NCBI RefSeq assembly: GCF_902713615.1
Contig: NC_052164.1
Location: 39,791,091-39,855,090, forward strand
DNA length: 64,000 nucleotides
From: Scyliorhinus canicula
Lineage: Eukaryota
Reading direction: 5' to 3'
The notes under the pieces are model-generated. The model saw only the letters and a program-made list of their open reading frames with translations, did no database searches and was not told the origin of the DNA. This document shows positions 12,535 to 25,900 of this stretch, one piece after another. Position 1 is the stretch's first letter. Every line of letters starts with the position of its first letter. Position numbers and translations under genes: made by a program.

Positions 12535-12759
12535 CCTCCGGGTGCTCCGGTTTCCTCCCACAGTCCAAAGATGTGCGGGTTAGGTGGATTGGCCATGCTA
12601 AATTGCTCGTAGTGTCTAAAAAGTAAGGTTAAGGGGGGGTTGTTGGGTTACGGGTATAGGGTGGATATGTGGGTTTGAGTAGGGTGATCATGGCTCGGCA
12701 CAACATCGAGGGCCGAAGGGCCTGTTCTGTGCTGTACTGTTCTATGTTCTATGTTCTAT
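12535..12759 (+). mobile_element. 5'-truncated HE1 SINE
   Basis: Core plus (GTTCTAT)n tail. Confidence 0.85.
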
Positions 12760-13989
12760 CAGAGCCGGAACTGTCAATCAAGAAATGTTCTTCTCTTGTG
12801 TCAGTTGTTTCGACATAATGTTCCAATGTCTGCATACGTAATAATCTTGACTCGGATCCCAGGAATCAATTAACTGTTGAAATTGTGAGGGCTGGAGAGC
12901 CTTCCTTTTCTCATAACTGGGGGAAAGTCCCACAGCACCAAATGTAACCTCTTAAACTTCCCACTGAAGTACCTGGCAGCTGGTCCAAACTTTTTCCCAG
13001 TCCACTGGTTCAAATGCAGTGAATGAAAATCCAATTTTTCTCGCACTGTCTCAAGGCAGGAAGGCCAAGTCAGAAATTTCCCTCACTCCTGCTCCCCACC
13101 TCAAGGTTGTAAATCCAGGACCATGTCTCTGTCCCACCCACAAGTTTGCCTTACCAAGTTTAATATAGTCTCCATTCATATCCATTATCATGCGATGTTA
13201 GTTAGTGCCTAACAGTTAAATAAAAAACATGCAGAATAGACCACTGGGTTTACGAAATATGCCTGAATGTATCAATAATGTAACTTGCACTTTGCCCACC
13301 CAATCCTTCTGACAATGCTGTTTCCTGGGAGATGAAAAAAAAATCAGACTTTGATTTTTAAAATGTTTCCCATTAGTTAAGATCCTAAAATACAAAATTT
13401 GATGAATTTAACAATAACAAAAATGATTAGACAATATTGAAATAGGAAATTATATTAATCGAGTAGTAGAATTACATTTTGTGAGGAAGGACATTATCCC
13501 CCTCCGAAAAATCCACAATGTGCCAACTGTCTTGTATTTAGTGACCCTTATATGTCAATCAGGAGAAGTGACCGATCAGGAAATTGTGCCCAAATGCATT
13601 CTGATTGGCTAACTTTACAATTACTGCAATAATCCTGCAGTATATATTCATCACAGCATCAAACATGGAGGCAGAAGCCAGCAGAAAGATTTTCCAATTT
13701 ACAGATGAAGAAAAAAATAATAATTGAGAAACAAGAGAAAGCAACAAGTAGACCAAGCAGCCAGTCAAGCTATTCAAAGGTAAAAGAAGTTACATTTATT
13801 AAGCTTTTTAACATAATAGGGCACATAGATTTCTAACGCTGACATCTGTTAATGTTTAAATCATTTAATCTTAACAATTAAATTGCTAAAAGTGGAATAT
13901 TACCTCATCATCTCTATTCTTTACAACTGTTGAACTTTATTGGTTTACATGCACTTTGCTGCACAAGAATAACGTTATCACTCTATTAC

Positions 13990-14280
13990 TGATAAGACCT
14001 AACTTAAAAATAAGAGGTCGCCCATTTAAGACAGAGATTAGGATCTTTTCTTCTCTCAAAGTGTCATGAGCCTTTGCAACTTCCTTCCTCAAAAGGCAGT
14101 GGAAGCAGGGTCTTTGAATATTTTTAAGGCAGAGGTAGATAGATTCTTCATAAACAAGGGGGTGAAATGTTATTTGGCGTAGGCATGAGGTTACAGTCAT
14201 ATCAGCCGTAATCCTATTGAATGGTGGTGCAGGCTTTAGGGGCCGATTGGCCTACTCCATTTCCTAATTTGTATGTTTGT
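13990..14280 (+). mobile_element. CR1 LINE 3' end
   Basis: CCATTTAAGACAGAGAT..GGCAGTGGAAGCAGGGTC..GGCCTACTCC, typical of a CR1 3' end. Confidence 0.7.
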
Positions 14281-16169
14281 GTACTTACTGGGTAGTGAGG
14301 ATGAAACTTTTAACAAAACCCAAGGGTACCAATAACACGCAGCAGAATCTGTGTGGAGGAGACAAGTTAATGCTTTACAGACTTGAGCTTTCTATTGATG
14401 CAAAATCATTGTTACTTGCCGCCAGTCTTCTCAATTGTGCTGATTTAATTGAAAGGCCTTAAAATTAATAAATAGTGCAGTTGGGGAAAACTTAAATGCA
14501 AGACTTCCAAGCATGTCATATAGCTTTGTTTAGGTTATTTAGGCAAAAAGCTCCGAATCCCAGGCCACCTACACATAATAGGACAGTAGGTAAAGCAGCA
14601 ACTAAGTGTCTTTGAAGGAGCGCACAACGCCTGGTGTTACTGTTAAATTGTCAAATTTGGTTCCATTTTCTAACAGACATTTCACCTTAACCCAGTAAGT
14701 AAATTTGTAAGTATTCCCTGTCTCTATGATGCACATTTTATTTGACGGCCAAGATGTGTGTTATCGTGATGATCTGGTCATGCTTACAGTTTGTATGAAA
14801 ATTTGGATAAAGTTGCCGCTTGACAGATTCCCCTCCCATTGGATTGTAAAAAAGGATCAGTTGAACCAGTATTTTCATAGTGTAGTGTAGTCTTTTTCGT
14901 GTCTCCCAAGCTATGTAAGTTTTATGAGATGTATCTTAGTCTATAATGCAGAAAATCTTAAAAGTACAGTATTCGAACAGCGGTAGGTATTTTAATTTGC
15001 ATTTATAAAGTAACTAATGCGATATTTGCTTGGTAGGACATAGATTGAGTATGCGGATGGGCCTTGTTAGTGAGGACACAGCAGGTAATTTCCAAGTTCA
15101 TACTATCAGGTTCTAAGCATCTAGAATGAACATAATGTACACTCTCAATTCTGGAAACCTGCAATGAGTTGTTATAAATGATTCTTAACCATACTAATAG
15201 CAGGCCTAAGCCTTTATTGGAACACATTGTTCCAACATTTACTTAGGTCTTGCAAAAATCATGTGACTCTTCGATCTTTACCACACCACTGATTTTGGGG
15301 TCACGCTAGTTGCTAAAACAATTACTGGCATGTGTAAAGACCAGATGTCATTCCACTTTCAAGTTCCTTTTTTTGCGCACAATTGTTTTTGAAAGTTTCC
15401 ATTATACCAGTTTATTTACTTGCCAATAAAAGCTGCGTCCAAAATACTAAAATCTGAAACATAAACAGAAAAGCAGGAAACATTCAGCAGGCCAGGCAGT
15501 CAAGTCAATGTTTAGAGCATTGCCCCTTCATCAGACTGGAATTGGATATAATTTCTGCTTGCGGCAACTGCTCACCAATATCAAAGAGCTGATGTCAAAT
15601 GATTTTCTCTAAGATCTGTCAATGGCGTGAATAATCCTCGAGGCACAGAATAACAGATCTTCCATTCCACCCTATTTTTGTCTATCCAACCTCTTTCCTA
15701 TTAGACTGCAGCTTCTAGAGTGTCCTCCCTGTCAATGCTTTTCAAAATTGTTCTTGGATGTCCACGGTTTTTTTTCATCTCTATGTTTGATGTGATATTT
15801 TCAAGCCTTATAGGTTGAACGCACTAGCCCACCAAAGTAATTTTACTTTTCAGGTTGGATGCTGGCAGTTAGCTGCTTTGTTCATTATTATGTTCAGACA
15901 CAGCAAAAGTGTTTGAACTATTTTCCACCTTCCGATAGCAGCATTACCGTTTTATCTATATTTGCCATTTGTTACTGGGCTCCATTGAGTTATCGGAAGC
16001 CAACAGTTAAAACAAAGCAGAAGATGAGATAGCAGTGATCAAGACAAATCGCTACCTGCTAGTCTGGCTCAGTAGTAGTGTTCCTGCTTCTGACTTAGAA
16101 TGGTTAGGGTGACAAGCCCATTTCCAGAGTTGGCCACATGAATCTAGGCTGACACTTCAGTTCAAACTG

Positions 16170-16495
16170 AACATAGAAGATATAGAATATAAAACATACA
16201 GTGCAGAAAGAGGACATTCGGCCCATTGAGTCTGCACTGACCCACTTAAGCCCTCACTCCCACCCTATCCCTGTAACCCAATAACCCCTCCTAACCTTTT
16301 TGATCACTAAGGGCAATTTATCATGGCCAATCCACCTACCTTGAACGTCTTTGGACAGTGGAAGGAAATCAGAGCACCCGGAGGAAACCCATGTAGACAC
16401 AGGGAGAACATGCAGACTCCGCACAGACAGTGACCCAGCGGGGAATCAAACCTGGGACCCTGGCATTGTAAAGCCACTTGTGCTACCGTGCTGCT
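16170..16495 (-). mobile_element. HE1 SINE, full length
   Basis: Reverse-strand tRNA head, core and tail. Confidence 0.88.
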
Positions 16496-16509
16496 GTGTT
16501 TTGTTTTAC

Positions 16510-16790
16510 TTCTTTCATGGGATATAAGCATTGCTGTAAAGGCCAGCATTTGTTGTCCATCCGTAATTGCCCCTTAAAAGGTAGCGATCAGTTACCTTCC
16601 TTAATTGTTGCAGTCCATGTGGCGTAGATATACAATAGTGCTGTTAAGAAGGGAGTTCCACAATTTTGACAAGTGACCGTGAAGGGTTGGCAATATAGTT
16701 TCAAAGGTATGGGTGGTGTGGCACCTGCAGTGGAACCTACAGGTGGTACTGTTCCCATGTGCCTGCTACCCTTGCCTTTCTATTGATATG
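16510..16790 (-). mobile_element. LINE 3' end (CR1/L2 group)
   Basis: GGCCAGCATTTGTTGTCCATCCGTAATTGCCC... Same family as 50670-51210. Confidence 0.55.
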
Positions 16791-18098
16791 TTAGGGTCCT
16801 CTTTGCCAACTATGGTGAACATAATATCCTAAGGCACTGCCAAAAGAGAAGAGTGCTATTAATCTCATTTTTTGCGGGAAATGGCTATGTACAATTGGGT
16901 TCTTCCATGTGCATACAAAAGTACAAAATACTTGACTTGAAAAATAATTCATTCCCTTTAAAGTGCTTTGGAATGACTTGAAGACATGAAAGATGCTACA
17001 CTATTGCAAGTTCTTTCTTCCTTTAAAATCGGAAAAGAACACCAGGACAAAATGACAAGTCATGCAACATTCTGAATGCAATTTACCAGCAGCCTTGCAC
17101 ACCCCACTGCATACCTCTCCTAACTTCCCATCCCATGATACAATGTATACTTGGTATTGCCTGGAATGAAATATACACAAAAGGCTCACATAGACTAATC
17201 GTGGTGTGTAAAAAGCCAAAAGTCCATTCTCCTAGTCAAAGATTTAATTGTATTAACGTGATTTGATTTCTATTGTCTTGTGTAGGAAATAGTTCGGGAT
17301 CATCTGATGAAGCCCTTTATATCAGGTAGTTCTCATCACTAAAGTTTTCACTCACCAGGTTCATCTGTATTCTGCAATGTTCAATGTTGCATTTTGTTAT
17401 CAAGATATAATGCAAAATTGTGTACAAGCCAACAATTTACATTTTCATTTTCTTCTGAATATCTTTTGTGTTAAAAGCATCACAGTTGTTTGCTGTTAAT
17501 ATGCACATATCCGAATTGTTCTGTTTGCTTTTGAGATATTTGTAAATCTTGCTGTGTTTGGTGTGTTGAAAATTAAATGCAATGGTCAAAGTTTCCATGT
17601 AAATAATCATAAGTACTGTTTTTGAATTCTGTTTGTGGTTAAACAAGAAATTACAAATAAAAATGGAAAATTAATTTGAGTTTCTGATATGTAAACCAAT
17701 GAAGAGAATGTATTTGAATTCTTACTTCCCATAATTAGTATGTTTTGTATGGAGGTATGTCCTTTCTTACCTATAGCGTTTATTCTTATAATTCAGCACC
17801 AAGCGTTCGTGAGTTTAAAATTAAGAAGATTATTTATTCTCACACACTTGCCCCAAATTAACGTAATGCTCCACACAGTATAATGCACATATAAGTATTA
17901 AATACAGATGAAGAAAGTGTACTCTTACTGATCACAGTTAATTCAGTCTCTGATTTATGATTTGACTTTGAATGGTTGGGGCTACAAGCCCATTTCCAAA
18001 GTTGACCACATGAATCTAGGCTGACATTCAGTGCAAACTGAACATAGAACATATAGAACATAAAACATACAGTGCAGAAGGAGGCCAGAGAAACCTGC

Positions 18099-18281
18099 CG
18101 GGGGCTGGTTTAGCACAGGGCTAAATCGCTGGCTTTGAAAGCAGACCAAGGCAGGCCAGCAGCAAGGTTCAATTCCCATACCAGCCTCCCCGAACAGGCG
18201 CAGGAAAGTGGTGACTAGGGGCTTTTCACAGTAACTTCATTTGAAGCCTACTTGTGACAATAAGTGATTTTCATTTCATTC
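18099..18281 (+). mobile_element. Second tRNA-derived SINE family, complete copy
   Basis: GGGGCTGGTTTAGCACAGGG head, B-box GGTTCAATTCC, (CATTT)n tail. Other fragments at 23207-23317 (+) and 29592-29682 (-). Confidence 0.8.
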
Positions 18282-18673
18282 CATTGCGTTTCCAGTCGTC
18301 TGCATGGCAGGCCTATGGTTTCTTGAATGGTTTCGGCAATTTAAAGTAGAAGTGGGGGCTCTTGTAAAGCAAAAGATTCACAGCAGTTTGTGACATTTCT
18401 TGCAGGCGAACATCTAGGAGGCTGGTTCTCAGTTGATCTTTGAAACTAGAGCAGGTTAGGTTCCTTGCTGCTTTATGACTTGCAGTTATTTTCAGAGCCT
18501 GGTTCTCAGATGGGTTGACAACTGATGGCTCTTAAAATGCAAAGGTGATGGAGAGTTATCTTTTTGATGTTCTTCTGCAGTCTCCATATCAGAATCCAGT
18601 TTTGGTCACATAGTCAGCGGCCATTGTCCACCTGAAGGGTTTAAAGCTAAAAGGCCATTGAGATACAATAGTA

Positions 18674-19560
18674 CAGTCATTTTCAAACCCAGGGTCACGG
18701 CCCGTGGGTGGGTTGAAGGCAGGTGACAGCAGGGTTGTGGGGCCATGCGTCGCAGCATTCCCAATCAGGGAGCCATGAATCACAGGGTTCCCGATCGTGA
18801 GAAGTAGTGCCCAATGGTGCAATCGGCCTTTAAAAATGCCAGCCACGACCAGCTTTCAGAATGATGGCTGTTCCATGCTTCCCCTCAGCAGTATGCAGGC
18901 TCAGAGCCCAGCGGGGCAGACCACCTCTTCCTGACATTAGCGCACTGACCCAGGAGAGATTTGTTTTTTAAATCGCTGGAGTCTTCCTGCTTGTAGCGGC
19001 GGCAGACAGCAGGTGATGTGTTCTGGGCGCGAGAGAGGTTCCTCCATTTTGCAGCTGCCAGCAGTGCTGGTGTGAACTCCCAGGCCTCTGGTGAACAATC
19101 TATGAAGAAGAAGCTAAAACAGAAACAAAGCAGCACAAAGATGATTACTTGAGGTTTATTAATTATGCCACTGCAAATCAGGATGCAAAGTTCATGTGTG
19201 TTACATGTGGGGATGCACTGGCAAATGAAAGTTTACAACGCTCAGAACTTCAAAAACATTTGAAGACATGGCAAGTCGAGGACAAACCTCTTGATTTTTT
19301 CAACGGATGCAGTGAGATCTTAAATCATCAGCTTAAGTTAATATCAGAAATGCAACATTAAATGACGAAGCAAGTGAGATCGCGAGGCACAAGCAGACTC
19401 ACCTGTCACATTAAAGGTAAGTGAAAATGGTGGGTCGCAAAGTTCTGGCGTGGGTCACAAAGGTCAGCCGGCATGGGTTGCGAAGGTCAGGTGGCATGGG
19501 TCCCGAAGGATGGCCAATTGGTAAAAATGGGTCCCAGGAAAAAAGGTTTGAAAAACACTG
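18674..19560 (+). mobile_element. Non-autonomous hAT (Buster/Charlie-type) DNA transposon
   Basis: TIR CAGTCATTTTCAAACC / GGTTTGAAAAACACTG. 8-bp TSD CAATAGTA/CAATATTA. BED-finger remnant CVTCGDALANESLQRSELQKHLKT (19149-19361). Subterminal repeats at 19430-19520. Confidence 0.85.
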
Positions 19561-19585
19561 CAATATTAGATAGATAGTTGTCTTT

Positions 19586-21225
19586 CAAAGAACAAAGAAC
19601 ACTACAGCACAGGAACAGGCCCTTTGGCCCACCAAGCCTGCGCCGATCCAGATTCCTTATTTAGACTTACTACTTATTGCCCAAACAATCTGTATCCCTC
19701 CATTCCCTGGGCGTTCATGTATTTATCAAGATACATCTTAAATGTTGCTATCATGCCTGCCTCCACCACCTCCACTCGCAACAGGTTTCAGGCACCCATC
19801 ACCCTCTACGTGAAAACCGTTCCCCGCACATCTCCCCGAAACTTTTCCCCTCTCACCTTGAACTTTGTAATTGAGTCTTCCACCCTGGGAAATAGCTTCT
19901 GACTATTTGTTCTGTCTATACCTATTGTAATTTTGTAGGCCTCAATCGGATCTCCCTTCAGCCTCTATCTTTCCAATGAAAACAATTTGAGTTTATTCAA
20001 CCTCTCCTCAAGCTAATATCCTACAAACCAGGCAACATCATGGTAAACCTTCTTTATACTCCCTCCAAAGCGTCGATATCCTTCTGGCAGTGTGACGACC
20101 AGAACGGCACGCGATATTCTAAATGTGGCCTAACTAAAGACCGATAAATGCAAGCATGTCATATGCCGTCTTGAAATCCATATCCACTTGTATTGCCACT
20201 TTCATGGAACTATAGACCTGAACGCCCAGATCCCTCTCGTGTCAATACTCCTAAGGGTTCTGCCATTTACTGTATAATTCACACCTGAATTTGATCTTCC
20301 AAAATGCATCACCTTGCATTTGTCCATCATTATCCATCTAGCTAGCTGTGATGATCGGTATTTACCTTTAATACCCTGCCCCTTTAAGAGGCTTGGAACC
20401 CTGGGGGACTCCGCCTCTGGCTACGCCCCCAGGAAACAGTATATAAGATAAGACCCCATGTTGCGAGCACACTTCTCTAGAATGCAGTCCTGTTCTCTGT
20501 TTATTAAAGCCTTTGATTACTGACCTCGCTCTCACGTCGTAATTGAGAGTGCCTCACTAGCACACCCCAATTCTCATGCAATTTTACCTTTTGTATCAGT
20601 CTGCCATGAGGGACCTTGTCAAATACCTTACTAAAGTCCATATAGACAACATCCACAGCCTTTCCCTCATCAATTAATGATGTCATCTCCTCAAAAGACT
20701 ATCAAATTGGTAAGACATGACCTTCCCTGCACAAAACCATGTTGCCTATCACTAACAAATCCATTTACTTCCAAATGCAAATAAATCCTGTCCCTCAGTA
20801 TCTTCTTCAACTTTCAACTTCTTCCCCACCACTGATGTCAGGCTCACCAGCCTATAATTACCTGGACTATCCCTGCTTCCCTTCTTTAATAAAGCGACAA
20901 TATTGATTATTCTCCAGTCCTCTGGAACCTTACCTGTGGTCAAAAATGATGCAAAGAAAGCTGTTAAGGCCCTAGCTATTTCCCCTCTCACCTCCCACAG
21001 TAAGCTTGGATATATCCCATCTGGCCAAGGAGACTTGTCTACCTTATTGAGTTTTAAGATATCCAACATTTCCTCCTTCATTATGCTGACAGGTCCTAGA
21101 GTATTCACACACCCATCCCTAACCTCAACATCCATCATGTCCCCCTCCTTGGTGAACACCGAAGCAAAGTACTCATTAAGGATCTCACCCACTTCCTCTG
21201 ACTCCACGCATAACTTCCCTCCTTA
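19586..21225 (-). mobile_element. CR1 (HER1-like) LINE, decayed, with internal deletion
   Basis: ORF fragments EILNEYFASVFTKE..PEDWR..PGNYRLVSLTSV and VDVVYMDFSKVFDKVPH; (AAGAACA)n tail at about 19588. Confidence 0.88.
20347..20556 (+). mobile_element. 210-bp solo LTR inserted in CR1
   Basis: TG...CA ends, 5-bp TSD CTAGC, internal TATATAAG and ATTAAA. Confidence 0.7.
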
Positions 21226-22169
21226 ACAGCTGGTGAACTGATAGTATCAGCTTTTATTTTGAACTTCAAACTTGGAGATGTGTGTTTTGGAGTAAGTGTT
21301 GAACAATGGCAGGTATGAATTCCAAAAACAATATTTGTCTTGGTGTGTCCATTTCTTAAAATAATTAGTGCTCATTACTGTATAATACATGACACCCATT
21401 TATCCTGCCATTCCATGTTTACATGTCTCCAATTAGGTTTTGGCACACAACAATCCTGGAATGGCCTCAATAAAAGTCACAAATAACATTCTAGGTGATT
21501 GTGATCACGGTTATTAATTCTCCTCATCCATCTCAAACTCTCTGCAGGGTTTAACAGGGGGAAACAGTAACATCCTCTTGCATCATCTTTCCTCTGTTGG
21601 ACTGATTTGCTTAGTTCCACACTGCCCCATCCAATTGTAGTCAAGGCTTCTCTAGCGATGACTTTACTTCTCATCCCACACTATTGCCTCCAGAGTCCCA
21701 TTGTAATCTGTTCTGTTATTACCCCCACCCCCCACCCCCCTCCTCTTCCTCATCTGTAACTGCCTAATGAATAACATTAGGCCCTGTCACACGCAGCTCT
21801 ACCACTCTACTGCTTCTCTCAACCTGTCTACTGCATCTGAATAAACAGATTGTTGGCAGATATGCAGTTCCGGAAGATCCTGCCAGTGGGAAGGGCCAGA
21901 AAATCTTGCCCTGTATTTCCAGTTAACCTGATCAGGGTGATCAACAACTCCTGTGATTCCTCCGTTGAGTTAGCCAGCAGAATAACATCATCAGTATACT
22001 GAAGATTTGATGCTCACCACCTGCTAATCACCTGCTCGTAGCCATTTCTGCTGGATGCTGAAGAAATATGGTGAGGGGGACACATCCCTGTCCAACACCA
22101 TTTTTGACTGGAACTGGGGATGTAAACTCTGCCCTTTTTCCTCCTCTCCTCACTGTCCAAGTCTACAAA

Positions 22170-22705
22170 TGTTCCTTCCAGGTGAAGCAGCAATTTTGGA
22201 GCACTTCTTTCAATCTAGTCTACCGCGCCTCCTGTTCACAATGTGACCTTCTCGAGATTGGGAAGATCAAATGTAGATTGGGTGACCACTTTGCAAAACA
22301 CCTCAGTTCACATGGGTGGCCAAAGGGAATGTTGATGGGGCCAGAAAAGAATAAAAGGTGCCGACAGAGCAGATGTGCTGAAAGTGAAAATAAAAGTAAA
22401 ACAGGAACATGTGAAGAAAAGGAAACAAAATAGATGGACAGAGTTCGTGGTCTGAAATTGTTGAACTTAATGTTGAGTCCAGGAGACTGTGAAGTGCCTA
22501 ATTGAAAAATGGGTACTGTTACGTTGAGCTTCACTAGAACAGCGCAGTCAAGGACAGAGATGCCAGTGTGACAGCGAGGGGGAGATTCAATTGACAGACC
22601 ACCGGAAGTTCAGGGTCATTAATGCTTGTGGACTGAACCAAGGTGTTCTTCAAAGCGGTCACCCAATCTGCGTTTGATCTCTCCAGTATAGAGATACCAG
22701 CAACT
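22170..22705. mobile_element. Old Penelope-like GIY-YIG remnant in two inverted pieces
   Basis: The + strand reads SFQVKQQF..NLVYR.SCSQC.LLEIGK.KCRLGDHFAKHL. A similar sequence lies on the - strand at about 22600-22700. Confidence 0.65.
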
Positions 22706-23449
22706 CTGACCCTAGCTCAATGTCAAACGGTTTCTCATATGAGATCAAATCGAATGCCTTCTCAAACTCAATGACGTACACGTATATTGGTTGCCGATGT
22801 TCCTGGAATTTGTGCATCATGATCCGAAGATTAGCGACTTGAACCCTGGTTCTTTTTCCACGTCAATATCCAGCTTGCTCATCAGCAATCTCGTTACTGA
22901 TGATCCTGAACAAGGTTTTACTCATGTGAGAGGTCAGAGTTCTATAATTTAGTCACCATTCTTTGGAAGAAGAATAAAGGTCGAATCTGTCCATGTTTCC
23001 AAACATTCAAAGAATTTAAAAGCAGAATACTGCGCAATCTGAAAATTTGAAATAAAAACAGAAAGGGCTAGATTTTGCCAAAAATCGTCAAAGTCTGATG
23101 GCAAGTGGAAAAAGCGGCATTGAGTCTGCCAACAGAAATGGTGGCATTTGCCAAAGTATACCACGGCACTTAGTGCAAAAACACAGGTTCCAAGCCATAT
23201 CCAAGCCGTACCAGCCTCCCCGGACAGGCGCCGGAATGTGGCGACTAGGGGCTTTTCACAGTAACTTCATTGAAGCCTACTCGTGACAACAAACGATTTT
23301 CATTTCATTTCATTTCATATCTCTGTCAGGGCGGCCTCTGATTTGTAGACCCGTCTGCACCCCAGTGCTAAAATCATTGGTGCAGCACCATATTTAAAGA
23401 CCACCCCAGCATACAGCAGCCACAATTCACAGGTCGCCGGGAAGGGATA

Positions 23450-24507
23450 CCTGCCAAGAAACCGGAGGATCCAGCGCTGCATCATCCATCAGACAACAAT
23501 GCAGTGAGTCATGTCTCCTGTTTCTAATGGACTAATGACCACTCCTTCCTGTCACAGGAACATCTGGGAAGCGGCTCAGCACCAGGTCCTTCACTCCAGC
23601 CCCGAGAGCCATGCAGAAGAGGAATTCAAAGGCCCCGACATTGAAGATCTGTCCTGGCGCTCACCCACATTCTCGACCAGCGCAGAGACACACACATTGG
23701 CGGGACCTGGTTTTAGAGCAGCCTTGGGGGTCATAATCTGATGAGTACATCACATTTCCAGATCCACAGCAGACGGAGGCAGTGACATCCCAAGGTTCCA
23801 ACACTCAGAGGATTTCTGGAGGCCAGGAATCTGGCAAGTCCCAGTCAGATGACAAGCCTCTGGACTCAGTCATGCCTCAGTTGCTGGAGCTCCAAAGGCA
23901 AACTCGAGAAAATCAGGAAAAGATGTCTGGTACACTCCTCAGATTGAAAGGCTGCATTGAGGAGTCCATCTGCCTTCTGTTGAGGTGACTGTGCCAACGT
24001 CTACTCAACAATGTCAACACAGCTAGGGTGGCAGCCACTGTGGAGACTTGGTGCATTGCTACAGAACATGCACTTCATGTGCAGGCACTTGTTGGGATCC
24101 ATCAGCACCAATGCCACAGGATGGTGGGCTTCTCAAGTTCACTCCATCTGCCTCTCTATCCCAAGGAAGAAGCCAGGGCCCTCAGGCACCCTTAGGGAGG
24201 AGGATCAGCTGGTAAATACCTTGGGGCCATCCACCCAGGTGACTTTGAGAGTGTCCAGTCCATCTGAATCACCTCTTCCTGTGGCTACTTCAGCTCCAAT
24301 TCCACAGGTATGGAGTGTGGCACTGCCACACAGCAGGAACCCGAAAGCAGGCCAGGGCACTCCATATCTCTAACCTCTAGAGGACGCCCGCCAAGGTCAT
24401 CACAGACAACAGGATGCGGCAGACAGCAGGCTTCCTCCACCATCATTGTGGATGTTGGGGATGCACCAAGATGTAGTGGCAGGGTTAGAAAGGTTAAGAA
24501 AATCTAG
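23450..24507 (+). pseudogene. Probable C-terminal relic of the Harbinger Myb/SANT-like partner gene
   Basis: Position within the element; coiled-coil-like MPQLLELQRQTRENQEKM and basic end PRCSGRVRKVKKI*. The Myb domain itself was not recognised. Confidence 0.45.
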
Positions 24508-24899
24508 CTGCCCAGAGTGGGCTCAGGCATTAAGCATTTGTACATAACGTTCACCAGTGGAAATTAACTCTCACTAATTATACTCTTTCTATGACTCCTT
24601 GTTCTGATGAGCTGTGTTGCTGTAGTCCTGACCAGAAAACTGGACTCCTGCACCAGAAAAAGTGAGGGTGCTCAGTCCAGGTCTTCCTCCATATGCTTTC
24701 TGCAAGGTTCCCAGCACAGTGATGGTGTCTCCTCACATCAGTCATGCCTGTTTCTCAAAGGGAATGAGGATATTCCCACAATGTACAGGAAGAGCGTTAC
24801 TCATTCCAGGCATTGTCAATGTGTGCTCTCTGCAACTTTGAGCTGCGGCTGGCCCCCTACCCTATAGGCTTCAGCCTCCCATGACACTGAATCTCATGA

Positions 24900-25900
24900 A
24901 GGAGGCCGTAAGATCAAGAGCGATGCCACCATGACACTCTCTATGGATTGTATTTCAGGACTCCACACAGACTGGCCCAGGAACCAGAACCTCATCTTCA
25001 ACATCCCAATGGTCTGCTCCAGCAAAGTGCAAGTTTCAGTAAGAGCCTCATTGTCCTTGTCTCAGCTGTACTCTTGCGCACTGGCATCATCAGTCACCTC
25101 CTCAGTGGAAAGCCCTAGTCCCCAAGGAGGCAATCCCGCAGTCGCTGTGAATCCTGAAACATGTCAGGGATCTGAGAGTGGCTCAGAATGCAGGAGTCAT
25201 GCACACTCCCTGGGAGCTGAGCACACACCTGGAGGATGCTTTTGTTGTGGTTGCAAACCAGTTGAACATTCAGCGAGTGGAAGCCTTTGCAGTGTGTTGC
25301 TTAGTGCCAGTGGCGTGCAGAGGTCTGGTGATGCCCGGGGCCACGCACCGTCGCCCCCCCCCTCTGCACGCCACTGCTTAGTGCCCTGAAGATCTGAGAG
25401 CCACATCAGTCCAGTGGATGGCACATGCACCTGTGGAATGCCAGGGATTTGAACAAAGTTCATTGCTCTTGCATCCTGGCTTGCCTGCACCCTGTCAAAA
25501 TTGTTTGCTCTTGCGAAGATTGCAATAATATCCTGGATGTACTTGTACGTGGAGAGTTACAAAATCCCATAGAGATCACCTATGGACCCCAAGAAGGAGC
25601 CACTGACATAGAAATTGAGCATTGCTGTACCTTTAAGTAACAATCGTAATGGATGCCCTCCGAGTCCCTGTGGCGCCAAATCCTTCAGAAGGTAACAGAC
25701 ATGACTAACCAGCTCCCTGGATGTACATAGTCTTAAGTGTCACTTGTTCTCAGACATCTGCAGGTATGTTAGGTGCCATCTGTACACGAAGTATCTAGCG
25801 AGGCACCTCCAAGCGATGGTTCTTTGTGGTTCAGCCTCTGCGTGTGGGACAGGCCCTGCCACTCATTCCTCTTCACAGTTCTGCTCTGGCCTTTGGCGAG
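24900..25900 (-). pseudogene. Harbinger (HARBI1-like DDE) transposase pseudogene
   Basis: Reverse-strand motifs IPGIPQV, GFHSLNVQLVC, CAQLPGSVHD, LLGD*GFPLR and LEQTIGMLKMRF, with stops and frameshifts. Confidence 0.85.
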
